From Lama guanicoe (taxonomy: Eukaryota), in NCBI GenBank assembly GCA_013239625.1, contig MU053881.1:11669957-11733956 (forward strand): a DNA stretch of 64,000 bases. Direction: 5' to 3'. A program made the position numbers and the translations under genes. Shown piece by piece: positions 54,055 through 64,000 of the stretch. The notes beneath the pieces are model-generated. The model was not told the DNA's origin, made no database searches, and saw nothing but the letters and a program-made list of their open reading frames with translations. Numbering within the stretch: the first letter of the stretch is position 1; every line of letters starts with the position of its first letter.

Positions 54055-54554
54055 TATCAGTAAACAAAGGATGTTATGGCCATCAAGGCATCAGCCATCC
54101 AAGCCGCTCAGATGGTGAGCCCTGAGGGAACTCAGGATGGAAATAGAATGCCTGCCATCAAGCTCTCTGCCTATAACCACCCCAACAGTGCACCCTGAGA
54201 AGACTCCGGCTAGGAAAGCACAGGATACTAGCCCTAGATAACTAAGGTGCATATCAAATCAAATGATTTCAATGAGCCCAGACTCTTGCATCTTCCCATA
54301 CATAGAAAAGCGCTAAATTCCTTAACTTGAGATATCTGATTTTCTTTAATTATCAGTAATCTTTTGATGTTCCAACTACCTGGTCTTTGTTGCAAAAACT
54401 CTTATGCAACCTGGCTCCTCCCTTAACTCTTCGGCGCAGTCCCTCAGAGGTGTCTCAGAGGCTGTCTCACAAGCTTGAAGTTCTCAGAAAGTCTACCAAA
54501 TAAAACATAACTCTCAACCTTTAGGTTGTACGTTTTTTTTTTTTTCAGTCAATA
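54055..54554 (+). mobile_element. Solo ERV LTR
   Basis: Internal repeats (ccctgagggaactcagg / ccctgaagagactccgg), aataaaacataactc, and a terminus tttttcagtcaa(c>t)a. Confidence 0.75.
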
Positions 54555-54741
54555 CTCTCATTTCTTGAAATCCTTCTGCTTATAATAAAATGTAATAGCC
54601 ATTTCATATACATTCTTTGTAATGCTCTCACCAATTTTGTGCAATATCATTAGTTCCATTTGACAAACAAACTAAGGCTCAAAGTAAGTGACAGTGATGA
54701 GAATCAAATCAAAATTATTTTATCACAATGATGTTGACTAC

Positions 54742-55077
54742 CTTTTATGGTAGATCTACTATGTTTTAGTTTGTTCCACTGAAGAGTAATGATTTTAATA
54801 TATTTCACTAAATAAACTGTTTTGCTCGTGTTGCATAATTTTGTTTCCAAGTGACAACTCAGTGAGGTAGTCATTATTACAGGCAAATAAACTCCCTTAG
54901 TTGGCTTAGAATATCATATGCGTTTGCTTTATTCCCATTGTGAGGGCCAAATTTTAATGTGAACTTTCTGAAAACAGCTTTATGTCTCCTGAGAGTCAAC
55001 TAGGTGATATATGTATAGCCCACTGTGACTGAATGACCGTTCATTTTAGAGATTAATGTTCCCCAATCCCTCACCGG
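54742..55077 (-). pseudogene. Pseudo-exon, HEPN-like
   Basis: Acceptor ttctttccctttttcacctgacatccccag, donor AAAG|gtagtc (phase 1). Reads PVRDWGTLISK...AYDILSQLREFI, then after a frameshift ...VYLVKYIKIITLQWNKLKHSRSTIK (ORF 54704..54886). Confidence 0.65.
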
Positions 55078-55275
55078 CTGGGGATGTCAGGTGAAAAAGG
55101 GAAAGAAGTGAACATCACAAAAGGATGGCACAAAATCAAAATTTAAGGCCTTTCTTTTTCTTCCTCCTCCATTTCTCGGTCTCCATTTCCTTCCTCACAA
55201 GCCTTCCTCCACAGAGGATATAAAGTTGAGCTGCCACACTTTAATTGGTAGCACCATTTCCATAATCACCCCTAC

Positions 55276-55640
55276 CATGCTGAAGCATTGCCCTCTATTC
55301 GGCTGTTATTCCCCGTTTCTGACAATTTGAGAACTGCTCGTAGCCATGCTGACGTACAAAGCACGTTGCTTTGCCAGCAGCACTTGCAGCTGTGACATAT
55401 TCAAATCTCACCATTTAACTGCAGGGCTCATAGTTCACTCTGTACGGAACATAGCAAGAGCTAATTGTCTATGTAACCATCACTTCAGACTTCTACATAC
55501 TATTTTCATATCAAAATGTTTCCCAACTTGCATGAAAAATGGAACTCTAAAATTTCTTACAATAAAATCAGCTGTGACTTCAGAAGCTGAAATTTCAGAA
55601 CTGTCCCTAATCTATCGGCCCCAAGATCTCCACCAGCTCC
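55276..55640 (-). pseudogene. Pseudo-exon, N-terminal half of a HEPN-like unit
   Basis: tag acceptor, ATG|gtaggg donor (phase 0). One frame reads ...RVPFFMQVGKHFDMKIVCRSLK*WLHRQL...KW*DLNMSQLQVLLAKQRALY... Confidence 0.6.
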
Positions 55641-56659
55641 CTAGTTGAATTTTCTTTAAATTTTAGTGGAAAAGAATAGGGACTTATCAAAACAATTTAG
55701 ATGTCTTTGTTTTGTTTGCATTTATTTTTTCCCTGAGGCATATATTTTAACAAGAATTTTGCCATAATTATAAATTCTTGCTTCAAAAACTGAATGTTTA
55801 AAATGAGAAACACTACACACACCAAAAACAAAAAACGAAAAACACCATAACCAGTATTGAAAACACAAAAATGTATCAGCATATGAGATCAAATTTTAAT
55901 TCATTTTCGCCAGTATAAATACTATAGAAGAAAAATAATTAGAGTATAAGGCTTGAATTTTTTCACTGGTTAAAAAAAATAGAAGAAAGAAATTGTGGGC
56001 TGTCAAAACTGACTAATAAGTTTTCCTTTTTGGATGCTTCAACTTCTCTGACAACTTCTATTTCTCCGTATTTTTTTTTATGACTCCCATTCTTCTGTCC
56101 CTAATTTTGTTTTCCTCCCCAGAATTACATTATCAGCCATCTTTTCTTCCAACCCTACTTGAGTCTGTCTTTCCCTTAAGTCCCATAGCTTCAATGAATC
56201 TTAATATTCTTAAATATTTTCACATCTTTATCTCTAGCCATTCTTTTTTTTTTCTTTTTTCTTTTTTCTTTTTTTTTTTTAGCTACAACCCCTGTTTTTA
56301 TTTAAGAACATTAGAACAATTACCTCTAGGGATCAGCCCCCACCTTTCTTCCCTCACCCCCTGCCACCACCCCTACAAAGTAAATCTCTCTTTGCATGAG
56401 ACTTGTTCCCTTTGTCAACATACCTTATCCCAAAGTGACTAAAGTCTGGCTAATGTAATATTATGATAGTACAGGTAACACTACATTTAAAATACAAGGA
56501 TGTGACTTGTTTTGCTATAAAGAGATGAGTTTGCCATTTGTGTCTGGGAAGCCTGACCACTCTTAATAAAAAAAAAATAGGACTATTCCCATTGGCTTCA
56601 TAAAAGACAAGACACAATGGTTCTCTACTCAGGGAAGCTGGTGACAAAGGGAGATTCAC

Positions 56660-56821
56660 CCACCAGCTATAGTTGATCTTGATGTGACCCATTGAGACAA
56701 TGTTTATTTATCTCCTAACCAGAAGAAACAAAGACTCAATAATATCTGCCTATCCATCCAGCTCCAATGCCAATATATTCTTTTCTGCTATTGGTTTGAG
56801 ACATTCTGTTTGGCACGGTAA
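56660..56821 (-). pseudogene. Candidate first coding pseudo-exon
   Basis: Acceptor ttgccttttctttatag before 56821. ATG at 56804 reads MSQTNSRKEYIG. Possible donor gtgaat near 56659. Weak support. Confidence 0.3.
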
Positions 56822-57296
56822 CTATAAAGAAAAGGCAAGGGCATTAAAACTTGTTGTGTTCAGCCAATGCCCACGGGTCTGTATCTCACATATAAATGCT
56901 CACTTATTTGGAGGAAGAAGTGAACTTACCTTCGGTTCTACCCCTAAAACCAGAAATGAGATCAATGTCATCCCACATGGCCACCTCCATCCTGCAGACG
57001 ACCATCTGGAGATCCTGCAAACACTGAATTTCACCTCGTTCTAACCTAAGCTTGTCTCACATTCACAAACTTGTTCCTCTTCTATTTCTTGTTGCTGGCA
57101 TCAGCATCTCTTCATCCCATTTCTAAACCTTGCAGATAGCTTTGACTCCTCTGCCTCTTTCACCTTCCACATCTTATCAGTCACAAATCCCATGGATATC
57201 CTGAACTCATTCCCACTGTCACTGTTCTAGTCTCCACATACTCACCATCTCTCACTAGTCTAAATAGTCTTCTCCTAACCTTCTCCACATCTTCCC

Positions 57297-57468
57297 AGTG
57301 GTACTCCAAGTATGGTGTCCCTATCGGCAAAAACGGAAGCAGCTGTAGACTTGGTAGAAATGCAGATTCTTTGGTCTCATACCAGACCTACTGAATCGAA
57401 AACTCTATGTTTTAACAAGTGACCAGATTATTTCTAGTGCATGTTTAAGTTTGAGAACCATTGGTATA
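57297..57468. mobile_element. MER5A-like hAT MITE within L2 remnants (about 56930-57600)
   Basis: cagtggtactccaag...tagaaatgcagattc...cagacctactgaatc...aagtttgagaaccattg. Confidence 0.8.
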
Positions 57469-58529
57469 GAGTTAGCTTTGAAAAACAGATCATATCTTAT
57501 AAATTGTTCTGTCAAAATATTCAATGAGAAGCACACACTTCTGATCACAGCAGACAGCCCATTTCACCATCATCTTTTACTCCCTTTATATCCCCTGCAT
57601 TTCAGCCACACAAATTTCTTTATCTCCATTTTATAAGGAACCTGAGGTTTAGGGAGACAAGTAACTTGCCCAAAGATAAACATCTAGCATATGACAGAAA
57701 TATCTAATTTTCTTATCACTAAGCAATAGTAATTATTTTTGGTTGACTTGTTGGATGGTTTGTTTTTTTGCCTGTTTGTCTTATAGAGGGAGTAGAGGAA
57801 TGAACAGAGGAGTGAACAGAAGAATTACTGGTCTTAATCACAACATTCAGTGTAGATAATAAGTAAATACTCTACTAAAGTTTTTCAAAATAATATCTTT
57901 GAAATAAACAAGAAAAAATATAGGTCAGATCTCAATAGTTAAATCTACTTGATTAAATACAAGTTGGTGTATATATACAAAGATATAGGCATTGGCAATA
58001 AACTGAACACATGCACAGGTGATAAAAAGCTACATAAGCTATCCCATATGCAGAATGAGATAATTTAAATCCAAAAATCTAACAAGATTCTTTAAAAAGC
58101 CCTCAATGATTCTAATAATAAGGAATTTAACGGGAAAATATTCAGTCTGAGAAAAGCATGTGTATACATTTGGGATCCTTAAAAGACTGGACTTTAGAAT
58201 TAGGCAGATCTAGATTTGAGTCCCATATTCTATTTAACTTCTTATATGAGTGATTTCTGGCATTTATCTAATTTCCCTGAGGTTAATTTTCTCTTTTGTA
58301 TAAAACAGAAATTGCTGTAACTATCTCTTAGAATTAGCATTACCTAAGAATTAATATGAAATTCTCAGTATAGAAGCTAAAATATAGCAAGTGTGAAATC
58401 AGTGTTATCTAGTAACTCTTTTCGTATATCACACAGATTTTGCCACCTGGAGGGAACAAGCATACTACCTAAGAGTCATCAAATCATCTATCTATAGATC
58501 TGTGTATCAAATTATAGGAGAAACATTAA

Positions 58530-58900
58530 CAACCTCGTCCAGAGGCACTGAAATACATGACAGAATGATGAGAAACTTAAAAAAAAAAAAAAAAGTCATG
58601 AGATTTAACCAGGAAGAGTAACTCCTAAAGGAGATGACATAAGACTGAATACTTCAAATTTCTAAGGATTGCTTTCTAGAAAAGAGACTAGAATAAAGAA
58701 TTTGGAATAATAGATGAAACTATGAGGAAACAGGTTTCTACTCAATACAAGAAAGAATGTGTTAACAAAGCTGTCCAGGAGAATTCCAGAAATGTGTTAA
58801 GTTTTACATACATAATATTACATACATAATATTCACTGACTGGTAATATTTAGTTAGAGGTTTGAGGTCACTTGTTGGGGGTATTTGAGAGAGGATAGAC
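58530..58900 (+). mobile_element. L3/CR1 3' remnant
   Basis: gtccagaggc...aggtttctactcaatacaagaaagaat...aagctgtccag. Confidence 0.55.
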
Positions 58901-59219
58901 ACACCAAATCAGGAGTTAGAAGAGAGAAAAAATTTTAACTGAAGGGATTGACTTTAGTGACTAATTAACTGTGATTTGCATTATTATTAATTGTATCTTA
59001 GTAGCGTTAAATAAATGAAAACATTACCTCTTGTCCCTTCATTACTAACTTTTGAGTGGATTGTTAAAATATAAATCCACTCTCTGTATGGTAAACTTAT
59101 TTTTATGATTCTCTATTAGCAATATGGAGAGCCATTCAGTTGGAGGCATCTAATCTACTTTGGTTATAAATGGATCACTCGCTCTTTATTTCTCTCTTTC
59201 TCTGCTCCAAAGCAGGAAG

Positions 59220-59375
59220 AAGGTAATATAATTTTCAAGGATAGGAAGATTTTATACATTATTGTTCATATCAGGATACTTTTGAGAACAAAAGGGAACA
59301 ATAATCAGATAGCTGCTGGGACAACAGGAATAAAACCAGAACATTCTGGGAAAGTTGAAATGATGATCACCCTAA
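59220..59375. mobile_element. MER94-like hAT MITE
   Basis: caggatactttttgaga...gggacaacaggaataaaaccag...gatcacccta. Confidence 0.55.
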
Positions 59376-59549
59376 ATGTAACTAAAATTATCACTGTTCA
59401 CTTCGTTTCTCTAATTATTCAGAAAGATTTGTGGGAAAAGAGTGCTGGGTGAGAGAACTAAGGACATGACAAACCTCCCCAAGAAATGACCATAAGGGAC
59501 TCTGATCTTTCAGGGGGCTTTATTCTTTTCTAAATGCACCAATGTGATT

Positions 59550-59705
59550 TCTTTTTTAAAAACTGAAGTATAATTGACTAACAATATTATATTAAATCCA
59601 GGTATACCACATAATGATTTAATATTTTTATAGATTATGTTCCTTCTAAAATTATTATAAAATATTGGCAATATCCCCTGTATTATATATTACATCTTTG
59701 AATCC
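59550..59705 (-). mobile_element. Short L1 3' end
   Basis: tgaagtataattgactaacaatattatatta...ttataaaatattggc. Confidence 0.7.
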
Positions 59706-60723
59706 TACTTTTATCTCCTTTGCTCATTGATGATGGGTCACCATATCAATGCAACAACAAAAGATGCCCCTAACTAATTAATAACGTCTCAATGTAATTA
59801 GAAACATACCAAAGTATCAAGAAAGAATAAAATTTTAAAAATCACCATTCACTTTTTCCGTATTTCCATTTTTTTCTACTTACCCTTTTTTTAAAGAAAT
59901 GATTTAATTGATTTAACATTTTATTTCTTCCTCTTGCTCTCAAAAAAATTTTTTTTCAGGAGGGAGAAACTTCCTGCCCCTATAATATGTTTCCAGTATG
60001 CCTTTGTGGATTCTGCACCTTTCTTTGACATGGTTAAAGACTGAAGCTTTGGAGAAGCTTCACTATCCAAACACATTTGGATGGGAGGCTAGATGTATAA
60101 TTTGCTGAGACGACGGATTGCCAATGCTGAATAATGTGGAATATTTTAGTACCATGAATCATTCTAAATGTGCAAAACCGGGCAGAGAGCCAGGGAGGTA
60201 CAACAAATTAATGCGCTGGTCTGTCAGTTCTGAAGATCTTGATGCCAAGAACGGAGAAAACTGAGCTAATGATTGGCCCTTACTGGCACTGACGGGCATA
60301 GCTCAAAAAAATGTAGGGAAGGCTAAGTTTAATAAAGAAATGAGTAAATTGTTTGGAAACTACTTCGGTTTTGGGGGGGAAAGGAACAAGAAAAGTAGTT
60401 AATTTATGACATCCCTTTATCTAGCCAACATGTAAACTGTCAATCTTAGCTCAATTAAAACATAATAATACAAATAGAAGAGATTCTTATATGCTTCTGA
60501 ATTACGGATTATCTTATATTAGGAATGGATTTGGGGACCTAAAAGGCCAATGGGCAATTCCTCCAACCAGAGTTTTTATTTTATTTTTCAGTACTACTTA
60601 AACCCTTAAGCAATCTCTATTTAAAATTAGAAATAGCTTAAGACACATTGTCTATGCAATTTGAGGATATCTTATGATTTAATAGAATAAAATATGTTCC
60701 CAATTATTTATCCATTTAAAATG

Positions 60724-60805
60724 TATTAGGTTGAACAATATTAAATTGACAACACTTGACCATTTTTAACTTCAAAGATGGTAATTTCCATGATTCAACC
60801 TAATA
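60724..60805. mobile_element. MADE2-like mariner MITE
   Basis: About 80 bp with terminal inverted repeats tattaggttgaa / ttcaacctaata, including the TA target. Confidence 0.85.
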
Positions 60806-61159
60806 GATTTGTACATACAAGAGTAAGAGGAAATCTACATTGAATATTATGCTATTCATATTAAATATATTGCTTCATTTAATCTTCACTGCAATACTGT
60901 ATAGAAATTTAGATCTGGAAATTCCAAGTAACTTTCCTAAGTCAAGTGGCTAAAGAGTGGAAAAACTGATTTCAAACACAGGCCTTTTGACCCTCTAAGA
61001 AAGGTCACCATGTATGATTATGAGGTTGTTCACTGCACAAGGGTAATAGTCCAAGAGGAAAGTACAATATTTAAATTCAGCAAACTGGAGGCCCTCGCTG
61101 GGGAGCAGATTGTATTTTGCCCAAAATGGCTGAACCAATATACAACCAGTCTCTCGTGT

Positions 61160-61385
61160 ATGTCTTATAACTGTTACATCAACACTCCTCCACTGAAAGG
61201 TGGAGTCTATTTTCTCTCCCCCTCCAGCTGGGCCAAAGCTTATAACTGCCTTCACAACAATAAAACAAAGCAGAAGTGACAATGCATGACTTCTGAGATT
61301 AAGTCATCAAAGGGAGCACGACTTTACCCCTAAGTGCTTTCTCTCTCTCAAAGTAAATGCACTGGGGGCCCTGAGCCAATGTCCT
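61160..61385 (+). mobile_element. MaLR LTR 5' fragment (MLT1-like)
   Basis: acactcctccactgaaaggtggagtctat...gcagaagtgac...tgacttctgag. Confidence 0.65.
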
Positions 61386-64000
61386 CTGGTTTTTTTTCTT
61401 TTTCCAAGTTATTAAATTCACTTTTGTTTACCAAGGCAGATTGCAATTCATCTGGTATATGGTACCTTTTTATTTTTAGAGAGGAAGGAGTTGGGGTGCT
61501 GATGGTGGGAGTCAATCTAGAACAGGGTAAAAAGTGATCTTTTTTGAGAGATGCTTATATGTGAACAAATAAATCCAGTTTGAAACTCAATGGAATATTA
61601 AGTATTCCTAAGATAAATAAAATGAAAATGAAGCTCAGGTTCAGGGAATAAAGTTCTTTTTATCACTAGAAACGACCTGTATTCATATAAAATATTGATA
61701 TAGTAGTCATACCACTTTCTTAAGTGATAACATTGATAAAAGACATGATGAACTTGAAAATGTGTCTCTGGCAAATACAGTCAGTATTCCCCAAAGGGCT
61801 CTATATAAATTAAACATGTAGGCAAGCATAGCACAAGGCAAAATGTGTAGGGTTTCATCAGTCATCCACATTGGTGACTTATTTTAAGCTCTAGGTACAG
61901 TGACCAATGAATATTTTCATGGCTGTTATAGATCCACAGGAGTGTTTAAGATCCAACGTTATACTCTGCTCCAGAAAAAATAGACTTTTAACCCCATTAC
62001 TTTATCAAGTTAGGTTGTACACTTTTATAATGTATTATATCATTGTCATAGAACAGTAGCTACCTTTTATTTAAAGACAGTTCTGTACATTTTCCATTAC
62101 TTTCACTCTTCAACATTTAAAATTATTAAACATACTTTCTCCTCTCTTTTATAGACAAACATTTAGCCACATTCTTAATCTAATTTTCACTTGAGATGGT
62201 TCAGAGCTATCCAAACCCATTCTCTGTTCAGCTGGAATGCAAATCAGATTAATTTGCTTGTGTCACAGACTTAGAGATAAGATTGTTGCCTCTGGGGCTT
62301 TAGCAGTAAAAATGCCTCTAAATGTTTACCATTTTTTGTTTCTGGCTTGGCAGTATATCTCCACAGGAATGCCTTTTGGCAGATGAGTTTTCCAAGACAA
62401 GAATATACTCAGGAGGCAGAGAAATTCAGCAAAGCCATCTTAGGAAATCAGAGAAAACATTTGAGGCTAAGGCTTCAATTATAACATAAGGGACTTAGAT
62501 TAGATACACAAGCATGCTTGAAAAGAGACCTATAAGAAATTTCAAATCTTGTGTGTATGTGTTCAATTTTCAGTAGATATACCTGCCTGTAATAACTGAA
62601 ACATGATTTAAAGCAAGGATATACACAAAATAACCCTTGTGAACGTTTGAGACCAGTTGTCAGGTGTTTCTAACCCTGTTTGTTTCAACCAGCCAAAGCA
62701 CTGGAAAGGACTATTTTCTGATAATTGTATGCCAATTTAAATGCAAATGTTCAAACAAGAAAAAAAGGGGAGTAACATTTTGTCCTGCACACGAATACAA
62801 AGGCCAGTTTGAAAAGGCAGTGTATGAATAAACTGGGGAAATAAATCTCCTCTTCTTCAATCAGTCTCAGTTTCTAAGTGCAGCTTCCAAGTATGACGCT
62901 TCTTTAAAAGGTGGTATGTTTTTACATTACACGTGAGCCAATTACTCCATCCAGGATGTCCATACTTGACCAGACATCTAGTCAGCTATCCCAGAGCTGG
63001 AGAGAGAACTGAGTTTAAACTCACTGGGAGGCATTGTGCCTGTCCTCAATGACATAGCATCCAGAATTGTATGTATGATCTGGTTCCAAGGACCTCACAT
63101 TTTTATCCATGCAAAGCTATTATAACTCTTTCTCTTTATAAGTCCTGTAATCTTGACCCTCCGAATATTGTCTGTGATCTGTATACTTCACTTGCTTCAC
63201 TTGGCAGATTACACCGTTTAATACAATTGCTGTGATAGATTTGTTCTGACTGATCACAACAGCCTGGAAGAATGGACATCTGATTTCTACTATACTTTAT
63301 AATTACCTTTAAAACAGGGCTTTGACATGAAAGAAAAATGATAATCCAGACCTCTCAAATGCTCTGTAAAAGACAGAAAACAAGAATGTTTCTGAAGAGT
63401 AAATATGAGATTTTATCTTCTAGGACACATTTTGTATGGAAGGCAGAAATAAAACAGACAATTATTTTTATATTGCTCAAATATGTCTATTTGGCAAAAA
63501 GAGTCATATTTGATACTTGCCATACTTATTTCCCTATTGAAATCTTCAGTGAATACAGTGATGCCAGTTACGTTCCTAGAAGGAGGCCAGAAAGGGCCTA
63601 CTCTGTACTTAAAACCATTTGCTCAAGTGACAGCTAAACACATTTTAAGGTCCTGCAACTTAATTCATTAATGCCACAGCTTTGTGCAACCTTTAGTCAG
63701 GGTCATGTAATTCTTTATGGGCCTTTAGCTTTAGATATAGTGGGAAGCTCCTCTGTCTAGCAAGGAAATGCCCTTGATCCTGCAGGATATAAATCTGATG
63801 GCAGGCTGCTCGTAAGCACGAGCCTCCCTCTACTTTCACTCAGGACTCTTATGGCGTTAACCTAAAGCACCCTCAGTCTGGCCTGACCGTGCTCTCTCAC
63901 CCCTGCCGGTTAAGTGCCTTCTGCTCTCAAGCATTACCCTTTCCTCAAACGAGAGAAAACCTGTTTTATCATATTACTATTTTACTTCGTATTATGATTC

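Larger units (their letters stand above)
6851..56821 (-). pseudogene. Multi-exon decayed gene encoding tandem Swt1-like HEPN-type repeats followed by tandem dsRNA-binding domains (unnamed)
   Basis: At least 20 minus-strand segments in non-repeat DNA with polypyrimidine-AG acceptors and/or GT donors. Several junctions are phase-compatible (55276/55077, 54742/52634, 29711/29556, 29510/26962, 26882/26043). HEPN-like and dsRBD-like motifs recur, and most segments carry stops or frameshifts. Both ends are uncertain. Confidence 0.75.

Noticed and set aside
1..64000. CRISPR array or prokaryotic defence operon (prompted by HEPN-like motifs)
   Set aside because: No regular repeat-spacer array. The DNA is mammalian and the motifs are split by spliceosomal introns.

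Overview
AT-rich, repeat-dense mammalian genomic DNA. It is probably from a camelid, judged from two copies of a tRNA-derived SINE resembling camelid Vic-1 and from young L1s. I see no intact protein-coding gene, RNA gene or CRISPR array. A large part of the window is interspersed repeat (L1, L2, MIR, CR1/L3, MaLR/ERV LTRs, hAT/mariner MITEs). Between the repeats, the minus strand carries a chain of at least 20 decayed exon-like segments from about 56.8 kb down to about 6.85 kb. Many have canonical AG/GT splice sites, several have compatible splice phases, and their long near-open frames are broken by stops and frameshifts. Read by eye, the 5' exons (about 55.6-30 kb) repeatedly give a Swt1-like HEPN-type helical unit and the 3' exons (about 26-6.9 kb) repeatedly give dsRNA-binding motifs. 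Best interpretation: an intron-containing, probably unitary pseudogene of a very large tandem-HEPN plus tandem-dsRBD protein, i.e. a candidate lost dsRNA-responsive ribonuclease. I cannot name the gene. All domain calls are manual motif recognition and need HMM/tBLASTn confirmation. Repeat boundaries and subfamilies are approximate.
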